Shown here: piece by piece, positions 37,524 through 46,821 of the stretch
How positions within the stretch are numbered: position 1 is the first letter of the stretch
Layout: each line of letters opens with the position of its first letter
Assembly: GCA_016208975.1 (NCBI GenBank)
Contig: JACQXA010000004.1
Span: 2,013,941-2,077,940 of the forward strand
Reading direction: 5' to 3'
Length of the DNA: 64,000 nt
Origin: Nitrospinota bacterium
Lineage (GTDB): Bacteria > Nitrospinota_A > UBA7883 > JACRLM01
The notes under the pieces: model-generated
What the model saw: the letters and a program-made list of their open reading frames with translations, nothing else
Told to the model about the DNA's origin: nothing
Database searches by the model: none
Made by a program: the position numbers and the translations under genes

Positions 37524-38332
37524 ACATTGGCTTGACTGGTAATTTAGGGAGGCGCGCCTTGTCCGCCAAGAAACTGGTCGTCGCGTTAATAATCTGTTTT
37601 GGATTATCCGGATATGCCGCCGGGGGCGATAGCGGTGTCTATCAGGTTGGGGTGGTGAACGCCCTGTCTGTGGGGGTGCTTGAGGGGGACGTTACTATCG
37701 GCGAGTTGAAGAGAGAAGGGGACACAGGCATCGGCACGTTCAACGGGCTGGATGGCGAAATGGCCGTGGCGGACGGCGTTGTTTATCAGATTAAAAGCGA
37801 CGGGGTGGCCATACCCGCTGGTGACACATTGAAAACACCATTCGCCACTGTGACAATGTTTGCGCCGGACCGGGAGGTGAAGCTTGCCAGTGTGGAGAGT
37901 TTCACGAACATGGCCGCCCAGCTGGACAAGGCGTTGCCCACGTTAAACGCCATCTACGCCGTGCGGATAGACGGCAAGTTCGAATACCTGAAAGCCCGGA
38001 GCGTTCCCGGCCAGAAACGGCCATACCCCACGTTGAACGATGTGGTGAAACAGCAGACCGTATTCACGTATGAAAGCGTGGAGGGGACGCTGGTGGGGTT
38101 CAGGTTCCCCTCGTATATGAAGAGCGTGAACGTGCCCGGCTGGCATCTACATTATTTAACAAAAGACCGGAAGCGGGGCGGACATGCGCTGGATTTGCGG
38201 GCGGTGAGCCTGACGGCCAAACTTTCGACGGCCAGCCGCCACACGGTAAAGTTGTTCTACAACGCCGATTTTAACCAGGCGGATTTGGCCGGAGCCGGGG
38301 AATACTCAAAAAGTTTCGCGCCGGAGAAGTAG
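37520..38332 (+). CDS. budA: Alpha-acetolactate decarboxylase
   Basis: GDTGIGTFNGLDGEM, TPFA, GTLVGF, GWHLHY, GGH. Confidence 0.9.
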   Translation: MNIGLTGNLGRRALSAKKLVVALIICFGLSGYAAGGDSGVYQVGVVNALSVGVLEGDVTIGELKREGDTGIGTFNGLDGEMAVADGVVYQIKSDGVAIPAGDTLKTPFATVTMFAPDREVKLASVESFTNMAAQLDKALPTLNAIYAVRIDGKFEYLKARSVPGQKRPYPTLNDVVKQQTVFTYESVEGTLVGFRFPSYMKSVNVPGWHLHYLTKDRKRGGHALDLRAVSLTAKLSTASRHTVKLFYNADFNQADLAGAGEYSKSFAPEK

Positions 38333-38374
38333 GGCGCATCTCCAGAAAGCTCCCCCTCAACCCGACGCTTGGGG

Positions 38375-38593
38375 TTACTTCCCTTTGGCCCCTTCGCGGG
38401 AGGCTTCGTCGTTTAGCCGTTTTAGAAACTCGGCGGTATCCAACCCGTGCATCGTGGCGGCCCATTCCACGGTTTCAAGCTTGGCTCCGCCGCAGGATTT
38501 ACAGCCCATCCCATAAGAATCAAACACTTTGATGGCGGAAGGGTGTTCCCGCATGAGCTGATGCAGTACCGATTCTTTACTTATTTTTTCCAT
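38375..38593 (-). CDS. DUF1858-family small CxxC protein
   Basis: HPSAIKVFDSYGMGCKSC..ETVE.AA..HGLD. Confidence 0.8.
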   Translation of the reverse strand: MEKISKESVLHQLMREHPSAIKVFDSYGMGCKSCGGAKLETVEWAATMHGLDTAEFLKRLNDEASREGAKGK

Positions 38594-38678
38594 GACACTT
38601 TCAAAAAACAGTTGCCAAAGTCACAATACATGCTAACATTACTATTTTTGATTTTGAACCGTTTTTTGCGAGCGTTAC

Positions 38679-38873
38679 ATGGCTAAAGAATGTGAGATCT
38701 GCGGGAAAAAGCCGATGTTCGGCAACAACGTGAGCCACGCCCATAACGTCACCCGGCGGCGGTGGAACCCGAACCTTAAATCGGTACGGTCCGTCACGGC
38801 CAATGGCGGTGTGAAAAGGGTCACCGTTTGTGTGGACTGCATCACCTCCGGCAAGGTTAAAAAACCCGCGTAA
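38679..38873 (+). CDS. rpmB: 50S ribosomal protein L28 (Zn-ribbon type)
   Basis: MAKECEICGK..GNNVSHA..TRRRWNPNL..CVDC. Confidence 0.97.
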   Translation: MAKECEICGKKPMFGNNVSHAHNVTRRRWNPNLKSVRSVTANGGVKRVTVCVDCITSGKVKKPA

Positions 38874-38927
38874 GTTTTTCCGGCCCGGCAAATCAAGCGC
38901 GGGCCGGGCCTCACTGGGCTTAAAAAA

Positions 38928-39383
38928 ATGTCCGGTTATCTAATCCGCCAGGCCTCTTTTGACGACATCCCTGCCATCGTCCGCCTGCTGTGCGAGCTTT
39001 ATTCCATCGAATCCATGTTCACTCCCCGGCCGGACACGCATTCAGCCGGGTTAAAAATGGCCCTCGACAACCCGCATTTGTCCCGCCTGTTAGTGGTGGA
39101 GCATACAAGTGACGTGGTGGCTTTCGCCAATCTGCAACTTATGGTAAGCACCTATCATGGCGCCATGACCATACATATAGACGATTTCATCATCACCCGG
39201 GCCCACCGGCAAAACGGGGTGGGCCGGATCCTCATGAACGGCGTTTTCGACACGGCCAAAAAGCTGGGCGCGCCCAGGGTTAGCGTGAACATAGACAAGG
39301 CCAACAGCCCCGCCTTCGCCTTCTACGGCAAGATGGGCTTTGTTTCCATGGAACTGGAGCGGTACCAGCGGCTGGATTTTTAG
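38928..39383 (+). CDS. GNAT-family acetyltransferase
   Basis: HRQNGVGRILM, N..A..FY.KMGF. Confidence 0.85.
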   Translation: MSGYLIRQASFDDIPAIVRLLCELYSIESMFTPRPDTHSAGLKMALDNPHLSRLLVVEHTSDVVAFANLQLMVSTYHGAMTIHIDDFIITRAHRQNGVGRILMNGVFDTAKKLGAPRVSVNIDKANSPAFAFYGKMGFVSMELERYQRLDF

Positions 39384-39443
39384 ATCACAGCCGCTAGCTA
39401 TTTGGCTACCGCTTATTGTCATGCTGGGCGGAGCGAAACATCT

Positions 39444-39902
39444 ACCCTGGCGATCCGTTCCTTCCACAAGGCGCGGCCCTCCTTCACATCGGCTAGTTCT
39501 TGCTCGCTCGCATGTAGAGACTTTTTTTTCGAGTGAAACCCAGCGCCTTCCGCAGAGTGTTGTGAACGGCCACAAGCGAAACTTTCAGGCCGCTCCGGTC
39601 GCGCAATTCGGCCAGTGTAGCGTCGGGATTGGCCAGAACATCCGCCTCCAGCTTGCTAAGCGCGTCCCCGGAAAACGCCGGTTTGCGCCCGCAATCAGAC
39701 GGCTTGGGCTCCAGCGAACCGGTGGCGTGGTAATGTTCTACAAGATGTTGCACTGTGGCCTTGGGCAATTTATAACGCGCCGCTATTTGCCCCAAGGACT
39801 CACCCTCCTTACGCGACTCGATCACCCTCCGGCGCAAATCTATGGATATTGGTTTCATCCATAAATTATACACAGTATCTATGAAATATTAAAATGCTCT
39901 AG
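39444..39902 (-). mobile_element. Truncated IS630-family element (left end plus orfA 39858-39493; orfB lost)
   Basis: End TAGAGCATTTT, HTH orfA (SIDLRRRVI..PDATLAEL), A8G slippery site, -1 frame KKKSLHASEQ. Confidence 0.8.
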
Positions 39903-40422
39903 GCGTGACGCTGGGAAGCATATATAGTGTGACCTCGGGGAAGCGGTGGGGAAGGCGTCGCGCGAAGGGGCGGGTTTTAAATCCGCCCGCGCTACAAGCG
40001 GAACCAATGCGGACGCGCCCTGGTCATGGTTCGTGGCTCGACAAGCTACGCCGCCACGCCTCTATCGTATTGTCAGCGGTAGAACCGCCCCGGCTCAGGC
40101 TGAGCCTTCGCCACCCCGCCTTGCTAAGGCGGGGAAAAAGAAACCGAGGTCAGGCGACCTCGGGGAAGCATAAAGGAGCCCGAGGTCAGGCGACTTCGGC
40201 GAAGCGTATTTGGCGTGACGCTGGGGAAGCATGTAAAGGGTGTCTTCGGCGAAGCGGTAATCACTTGGTGGGCTTGTCATGCCGGACTTGATCCGGCATC
40301 GTGGCCTCTATTCATTTCTGCGTTAAGGTTCTGATGCCTGCTCATGCCGCCGTGTTGCAGGGATGATATTACCGGGAGCCGCTATTTGCCACCCAAGTGG
40401 GCAGGGCTTGCCCTGCCCCTAC
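39903..40422. repeat. Mosaic of short REP-like palindromes
   Basis: Several GACCTCGGGGAAGC units, CCGAGGTC/GACCTCGG hairpins, GTCATGCCGGACTTGATCCGGCATC, GGGCAGGGCTTGCCCTGCCCCTAC. Confidence 0.7.
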
Positions 40423-40435
40423 AATATGACTCCGT

Positions 40436-40867
40436 TTACGCGCAGGCCACGGTTATGGCGTGGGTGTGGCCCGTATTGTCCGCATTTGTGGTGATAACTA
40501 CTGTCGTCCCCGCTTGCAGTGTGTCGAACGATGCGGCGGGAACCGTTACCGAATGCGTATGGCCTGCGCTTCCCGCGCCAACCTGATATGTTTTTAGCGT
40601 TCCCTCAGTAACGTCGGCGGCTGGGATAGACGGCGAGGGGTGACCATGGTTCGTGCCTACCGTTGCCGTGGTTCCGTTTGTTTCGCAGGCGCTTAGCGGT
40701 TCCGGTGTGGATGTGTCGCCACCTGTATCCGGCGTTTCGTTGGAGGATGTGTCTGTGGATGATGAACCCGATGAGCCTCCACATGCATGAATCAATAATG
40801 ATAACCCGCCGGTGGTAGCGGCGAGCCCTAAAGCCGTGGTTAGAAACTTTCTTCTTGTGGGAACCAT
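40436..40867 (-). CDS. Tat-exported lipoprotein with three HxH motifs
   Basis: TRRKFL, lipobox IHAC, Ser/Thr linker, NHGH/GHTH/GHTH, Cys pair. Confidence 0.75.
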   Translation of the reverse strand: MVPTRRKFLTTALGLAATTGGLSLLIHACGGSSGSSSTDTSSNETPDTGGDTSTPEPLSACETNGTTATVGTNHGHPSPSIPAADVTEGTLKTYQVGAGSAGHTHSVTVPAASFDTLQAGTTVVITTNADNTGHTHAITVACA

Positions 40868-40993
40868 ATCCGCCTCCGCTGGTTAAGAGACCAAACAATG
40901 TCCCGCATAAGGCGTAAAAAATATGCGCCTTTCCCCTATTGGTAAAATGTATGCCTCAATAGTGGAAATAGTCAAATTATGATACTTAGGAGG

Positions 40994-41156
40994 AACCGTG
41001 GTCGGGCGACCACGGGGAAGCATCGTCGTAACGCCGATATTGCGAAACGCCCTGGCTCATGCTTTGCCTTGGCCACCCCGCCTTCTCAAGGCTGGGAAAG
41101 GAACCGTGGCTGGCTACTTCGAGAAACATTTAAGGGGCGTGACCTCAGGGAAGCGT
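40994..41156. repeat. Second cluster of the same REP-like units
   Basis: CCGTGGTC-GGGC-GACCACGG-GGAAGCAT; 41049-41129 aligns with 40087-40171. Confidence 0.65.
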
Positions 41157-42982
41157 TAAAGGTTCTCCCTTATCCTTCTCGCCACGGTTTCGGAAACTTT
41201 CAGCGTTTCCATCAAGTCCTCAAGGGCGGCTTCCCGCGCGCGTTTGACGGATCCGAATTTCGTCAATAACAGTTTTTTGCGCCGGGGGCCTATGCCTGGC
41301 ACGTTGTCCAATGAAGACTCCCGCGCCGCCGCGTCCCGCGTTTGCCTGTGATAGGCCACGGCGAACCGGTGCGCCTCGTCCCGCGCCTGTTGCAGTAAAA
41401 ACCTGCCCGGCGAGGTGGGGGGGAACGGCGCAGGCTCCGCCCGGCCCGGCAATATAAACTCGTCGCTTTCAGGGTTCTCCCTGTCTGCGCCCTTGGCGAT
41501 GCCCACCACCGGCGGCGGCGTGATGTTCATGGACCGGAACGCCTCCATCACCGCGTTTACCTGCCCCTTGCCGCCATCTATTATCAACAGGTCGGCGAAA
41601 GGCTCGCCGGTTTCGGCCAATTTGGAAAACCTCCGCATTATCACCTCGGCCATGGAGGCGTAATCGTTCGGGCCGGTAACGGATTTAATCTTGTATTTGC
41701 GGTAATCATCCTTGGAAGGCGCGCCGTCTTTAAAAACTATCATGGAGCCCACCGCCGAAAGGCCGCTTGTGTTGGATATATCGTAAGCCTCCATGGTCAT
41801 TGGCGCGGAAGGAAGGCCAAGGGTGGCCCTGATTTCCTCCAGCGCTTCGCCACGGCTTTTGGATGTGTTCATTATGGCGCCAAGGTTCATCTTGGCGTTG
41901 CGCTCGGCCATGTTAAGAATCTGGCGTTTCCTGCCTTTCACCGGGGTGTATATGCGGGTTTTGCCGCCCCGTACCGCTGTCAGGCGTTCCTCCAGCGCTT
42001 CAACGCCATCAGGCGGCTCCGGCGTCAGGATTTCCGGCGGTATCTCCATGCCTTCCGCATAGAACTGGCGGATGAAGGCGCCCAGCGCCTCCGCCCGGTC
42101 GGCCCTATCCACCTTGTCGAAAATGAAATGCCGTTCCCCGTTCAGTTTCCCGCGCCGCACCTGGAATATCTTTATCATGGCCTTGCCAGCCTCTTCGTAA
42201 ATCCCCAGCGCGTCCAGGTTGCCCAGATCCGGCGAGGTGATCTTTTGCTTCTCGGCCAGGGTTTTAATGGCGGCGATCTGGTCGCGATACCTGGCGGCGG
42301 TCTCGAAATATTCCTTTTCCGCCGCGGCTAGCATCCCTTTTTCCAGCGCGTCCAACAGCCCGGCGTTGTTCCCCTTCAGGAACATGGCCACCTCGTTGAC
42401 AAGCTCCATATACTCCTCGCGGTCCACCAATCCCGCGCAAGGGGCCAGGCATCGTTTCATCTGGTAATTCAGGCATGGGCGGCGCAAGGGTTTGCCGTCC
42501 AGAATGTCGGTACTCTGGCGCAGTGGGAAAATCCTGTGGATGAGCCGCAGGGTGGAACGCACCGCCTTGCCGGAAACGTATGGGCCGAAATACATACCCT
42601 TGTCGTTATCCACCCTTCGCACCATGAAGATGCGGGGGAAAGCCTCGTCCAAGGTTATCTTTATATATGGATAGTTCTTGTCGTCCTTGAGCATCACGTT
42701 GTAACGGGGCTGATGCTTTTTGACGAAATTGTCTTCCAGCACCAGCGCCTCCACCTCCGTGGCGGTCACCATGAAACCGATGCTCCGCACCCGTTCCACC
42801 ATGTGGGCGATTCTTGGGGTGTGGGTTGCGGATTCCTGGAAATACGAGCGCACACGGTTGCGCAAGGATTTGGCCTTGCCTATGTAAAGGATTTTGCCAT
42901 CGGCGTCTTTCATCATGTAAACGCCTGGCTCCTGGGGCATGTTCTCCAGGATTTCTTTTAGATGCCCAAACCGGTCACTCAT
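41156..42982 (-). CDS. uvrC: Excinuclease ABC subunit C
   Basis: PGVYMM..YIGKAKSLRNRV, PRYNVMLKDDK, DGGKGQ, RDEAHRFA, HhH. Confidence 0.97.
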   Translation of the reverse strand: MSDRFGHLKEILENMPQEPGVYMMKDADGKILYIGKAKSLRNRVRSYFQESATHTPRIAHMVERVRSIGFMVTATEVEALVLEDNFVKKHQPRYNVMLKDDKNYPYIKITLDEAFPRIFMVRRVDNDKGMYFGPYVSGKAVRSTLRLIHRIFPLRQSTDILDGKPLRRPCLNYQMKRCLAPCAGLVDREEYMELVNEVAMFLKGNNAGLLDALEKGMLAAAEKEYFETAARYRDQIAAIKTLAEKQKITSPDLGNLDALGIYEEAGKAMIKIFQVRRGKLNGERHFIFDKVDRADRAEALGAFIRQFYAEGMEIPPEILTPEPPDGVEALEERLTAVRGGKTRIYTPVKGRKRQILNMAERNAKMNLGAIMNTSKSRGEALEEIRATLGLPSAPMTMEAYDISNTSGLSAVGSMIVFKDGAPSKDDYRKYKIKSVTGPNDYASMAEVIMRRFSKLAETGEPFADLLIIDGGKGQVNAVMEAFRSMNITPPPVVGIAKGADRENPESDEFILPGRAEPAPFPPTSPGRFLLQQARDEAHRFAVAYHRQTRDAAARESSLDNVPGIGPRRKKLLLTKFGSVKRAREAALEDLMETLKVSETVARRIRENL

Positions 42983-43204
42983 ACCCTGATTATACATTCG
43001 CAACGAAACAAGCCGAAACCGCGCCGCTCAAAAAAAGGTGGTAACGTCCTACAAAAATTGGAGTTACGACTGTGAAAAAGAAACGAAAAATTCCACTTGC
43101 GTTTTAAACGCATTGAAACTACAATCCTTACCCGTTCAGTCATATTGGCACATCCATTGCTCAACAAACAGTCTAAATACCAGGGGATCATCCAGGAGGC
43201 TTAC

Positions 43205-43780
43205 ATGATGGAGGCTTTCCAGATTCCAGTGACCGCGGTGATTTCCATCATCGTCGGTTGTTCCGCGCTAGCGTTTACCTATTTCGATCCGGCGTTCCAC
43301 AGCGGCCGGACATCGCTTTACCACGTTGGCGATCATGATGTGCTTCACACCACCGAGGCTGAAAGGCTTTTCAACCGGCTTGTAAGCGATGAGAAACTGG
43401 CCTATGAACTGCTCCCCTTCGAAATGAAGCGGTGGTATGGTGACCGGGCCGGGGAGATAATGTTGCAGACTGTGGAACAGGCTTTGGTGGTAAACACGGC
43501 CAACCCCGAGATGTTCGACCGGTTACAAACTTTAAAAGGCATGGCGTTCTCGCTGATGGGCTCCCGAGAGCAAGCATTGACGGCTTATCGCGCCGCGGTG
43601 GACTTCAATCCGGGTAATGCAACCGCACGGGAGCGGCTGGACATTATTCAGGCGGAGCTGGACTCGGAGGCACAAGCCCTGGCGGCCCAGCAGGCGGCGG
43701 AATCAGGCGCTGTAACAGAGCAGGCCCAAGGCGAGGGCCCATTGAGCGCCTTGGCCGCCCCTGTGGGAAGCGCGGGCTAA
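43205..43780 (+). CDS. Membrane-anchored TPR protein
   Basis: RBS CAGGAGG, N-terminal TM helix, TPR (A...Y..A...NP.N..A). Confidence 0.7.
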   Translation: MMEAFQIPVTAVISIIVGCSALAFTYFDPAFHSGRTSLYHVGDHDVLHTTEAERLFNRLVSDEKLAYELLPFEMKRWYGDRAGEIMLQTVEQALVVNTANPEMFDRLQTLKGMAFSLMGSREQALTAYRAAVDFNPGNATARERLDIIQAELDSEAQALAAQQAAESGAVTEQAQGEGPLSALAAPVGSAG

Positions 43781-43926
43781 ATTTCCTTTTGGCCGGCTTC
43801 CAAACCGGCCATTTGTCCATTCAAGTCCCGGATTGTTAAACATTCCGCCTGGCGCCTCCTCCAAACCGGAATCTTGCATGCATTTGAAATCATCAATCAA
43901 TTGGAAAAACAATTTTGGGAAAAACA

Positions 43927-45072
43927 ATGCCCGACGCTACGGAAATCTCCCCGGCTGAACTGTTGGGCCGGTTGAGAAACGGATTTGAACCGCTACTTCT
44001 GGACGTGCGCAATCCTGATGATTACGCAAGCTGGAGGATGGATTTTATAAGGGACCAGGTGAACATCCCGTATATAGATTTTATCGAGACGCCAGACGAG
44101 TCTGCCGGAAAAGTGCCCCAGGGCAGGGAAATCGTGGCCCTTTGCGCCAAGGGTGGCGCCAGCGCCTATGTTGCGAATATCCTCAAAGACAAAGGCATAA
44201 CCGCCGTCAACGTGGCTGGAGGCATGAAAGCCTGGGGCAATCTATACGTGAACACACCCGTTTGGGCCGGAAACGGAGCGGAGGTGATACAGTTCAACCG
44301 GGTGGGGAAAGGGTGCCTTTCCTATCTTCTGGTTTCCGGGGCGGAAGCGGTGGTGATAGATCCGGCGCGGCATGTGGAACAGTATCTGGCGGCCGCCAAA
44401 GAACGGGGCGTGAAAATAAAATACGTGTTCGACACCCATCTGCACGCCGACCACATTTCTGGCGGACATAGCCTGGCCCAGGTTGCGGGGGCGGAATACC
44501 GGGCAGGTTCGGCGGATATGGATTTGGCTACCACGCCGTGCCTGCCCGCCGGGGATGGCGAAGTTTACACCATCGGCGGAATGACTATCGAGGTGGTGTC
44601 GATGGCGTCGCCGGGGCACACGCCGGGCTCCACATGTTTTCTTTTCGCGGATAAACTGCTTTTCACTGGAGACACACTTTTTCTCTCCAGCATGGGCAGG
44701 CCAGACCTGGGGGGCCACGCCTCCGAATGGGTTTACAACCTGTGGGACACCATACGCAAATTTGAAAAGCTTGGCGATGATGTGCTAATAGCCCCCTCTC
44801 ACACCACCGGGACCATGGAGATGGATGAGCGGTGGCGCGTTATAAAGCCGCTGGGCGCGCTTCGAAAGACCAACCCGCTACTCACCATCGGGGACAAGGA
44901 GCGTTTTGCCGCCAAAATTCTTTCGTGCCTTCCAGCGGAGCCGGAGGACTACCAGAACATGCGGCACGCCAACCTGGGCCAGGTGGAGCCCGATGAAGAA
45001 ACCAAGGAACGCTGGGAATTGGGCCGGAACCGTTGCGCCGTTGAATCGGCGGCGGAGGCGCGTCACCGCTGA
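43927..45072 (+). CDS. Rhodanese + MBL-fold (persulfide dioxygenase-like, YrkH-type) fusion
   Basis: LLDVR, active-site CAKGGAS, THLHADH, SPGHT, FTGDTLF, GRPDL. Confidence 0.85.
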   Translation: MPDATEISPAELLGRLRNGFEPLLLDVRNPDDYASWRMDFIRDQVNIPYIDFIETPDESAGKVPQGREIVALCAKGGASAYVANILKDKGITAVNVAGGMKAWGNLYVNTPVWAGNGAEVIQFNRVGKGCLSYLLVSGAEAVVIDPARHVEQYLAAAKERGVKIKYVFDTHLHADHISGGHSLAQVAGAEYRAGSADMDLATTPCLPAGDGEVYTIGGMTIEVVSMASPGHTPGSTCFLFADKLLFTGDTLFLSSMGRPDLGGHASEWVYNLWDTIRKFEKLGDDVLIAPSHTTGTMEMDERWRVIKPLGALRKTNPLLTIGDKERFAAKILSCLPAEPEDYQNMRHANLGQVEPDEETKERWELGRNRCAVESAAEARHR

Positions 45073-45148
45073 TACCGGCGCCCAACCTGGAATGTTGAAC
45101 AGGCGCCGCTCCGGGGGTATGATGACGCTTATTCAAGAGGGGGGATAG

Positions 45149-46132
45149 ATGAAGGCGGTAAGGTTCACCGGCGAAGGGGCGCTAAGCTCCATCCGCGTCG
45201 AAAACCTTCCAGACCCGCTTCGGGCCGAGCCGGGGCGCGTGGTTGTGCGCGTCATGGCCTCTTCCCTGAACCATATGGACCTTTACTCCATGAGCCGGGG
45301 CGACGGGTTGGCCATACCCGGCTCCGACGGGGCGGGAGTGGTGGAGTATGCCGGGGCAGGAGTTACGGATTTCGTCCCAGGCGACGAGGTGATAATAAAT
45401 CCCAATATCGGCGAGCCGGATGAGGATAACTACACCATCCTGGGTTCCGGCGCAAACGGGACCCACGCCGAATTCATCTCCCTTCCATCCAGGAATCTAT
45501 TAAAAAAACCTTCATCGTTAAGTTTCGAGGAAGCCGCGGCGCTTCCCCTGTGCCTTATGACCGCATGGCGGCAGGTGGTGGTGAAAGGGGCCGCGCGGCC
45601 CGGGGAATGGGTTTTAATCCACGGCGCGGGCGGCGGCGTGTCCGTTTACGCCATGCAGATAGCGGCGCTTTGCGGGGCCAGCGTGATAGTGACCTCCGGC
45701 GACGAGGCGAAGCTTGGCAAAGCGGCCTTGCTGGGCGCCACGCACACCTTGAACCATCGCCATACCGACATCGTGGCCGAAGTGGCGGACATCACCGGCG
45801 GCCATGGAGCGGATGTGGTGATAGACAACGTGGGGGCCGAAACGTTTCCCACAAGCCTGGCGGTTGCGGCCACGGGAGGGCGCATTGTGATGTCCGGCAA
45901 CGTGTCCTCCGAGCAGGTTTCTTTCCATCCTGCGCCGTTATACTGGAAAGGGGTGACGGTGATGGGTTCGCTTATGGGCCGCACGGAGGAGCTGGAGAAA
46001 GCCCTGGCCCTGGCCGCCGAGGGGAAGATAAGACCGGTGATAGACAGCGTTTTCGACCTGTCCGATTACCGCATGGCCATGGAGCGGATGGTAGAGAACA
46101 GGCATTTCGGGAAGATCATCATTGGGCGTTAA
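45149..46132 (+). CDS. MDR-family NAD(P)H quinone oxidoreductase / dehydrogenase
   Basis: SLNHMD, PGSDGAG, VLIHGAGGGV, FGKI. Confidence 0.85.
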   Translation: MKAVRFTGEGALSSIRVENLPDPLRAEPGRVVVRVMASSLNHMDLYSMSRGDGLAIPGSDGAGVVEYAGAGVTDFVPGDEVIINPNIGEPDEDNYTILGSGANGTHAEFISLPSRNLLKKPSSLSFEEAAALPLCLMTAWRQVVVKGAARPGEWVLIHGAGGGVSVYAMQIAALCGASVIVTSGDEAKLGKAALLGATHTLNHRHTDIVAEVADITGGHGADVVIDNVGAETFPTSLAVAATGGRIVMSGNVSSEQVSFHPAPLYWKGVTVMGSLMGRTEELEKALALAAEGKIRPVIDSVFDLSDYRMAMERMVENRHFGKIIIGR

Positions 46133-46812
46133 CCGCCCGGTTTTTTGCCCGCCATTTTGATCATCCAGCGGTATCCGGAAAGTTCCGACAACGCCAACGC
46201 GCCGAAATAAAGAAAACCGAACGCCACAACCCTTTGCGGCTCATCCACCCAAAGCCCGCTGGAGGTAAACTCCTGCGCCCGGGCCACATCGCTGGTTATT
46301 CCAAGTTCCGGCACCGGAAGCAGGGTTGTGGCGAAAACGAATAGCAGGTAGAACAGGGCGCTGGCGGCCCATGAATGGTTCGCGGCGGACTTGCGGACCT
46401 CCCCGGCCTCCGCCGTCAGCACGGTGATAACGCGGTTGGCTATCATCCCGGCGAAAATAAGGGCGGGCAACCAATCTGAAAACGAAAGGGAAATGCCCAA
46501 AATGAAAAGGCTGTAAAAAAGGCCGATCCCCAATATGTTCAGGCTTTTTTTACCCCTGCTTACATTCGCCGCCATGGCCGTGGCGAGAAACGCCCCCGAA
46601 TGCATAACGATGAATTCCAGCAACATCATCATGGTTAGGTATGACACGGTTTTCAACCCAAAGGTATATGGGCTTATCCAGGTGATGATGAACATGGCGG
46701 AGAAAGCGGCGTAACCCAGGCCAGATATGGCGCTACCTTCCGACGGGTATTTTTCGGGGCTGTAAGGATCCATTCCTTCCGATGGGCCGGTTATGTTGCG
46801 CGACCTTGTCAT
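46129..46812 (-). CDS. Hypothetical multi-pass membrane protein
   Basis: About six hydrophobic helices; overlaps the stop of the convergent gene. Confidence 0.7.
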   Translation of the reverse strand: MTRSRNITGPSEGMDPYSPEKYPSEGSAISGLGYAAFSAMFIITWISPYTFGLKTVSYLTMMMLLEFIVMHSGAFLATAMAANVSRGKKSLNILGIGLFYSLFILGISLSFSDWLPALIFAGMIANRVITVLTAEAGEVRKSAANHSWAASALFYLLFVFATTLLPVPELGITSDVARAQEFTSSGLWVDEPQRVVAFGFLYFGALALSELSGYRWMIKMAGKKPGG

Positions 46813-46821
46813 GATTCCCGC

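Noticed and set aside
39905..40291. 128-aa ORF in the repeat region
   Set aside because: Translation of palindromic repeats with no coding signature
39903..41156. CRISPR array
   Set aside because: Units are short, degenerate and irregularly spaced, and no cas genes are present; REP-like repeats fit better
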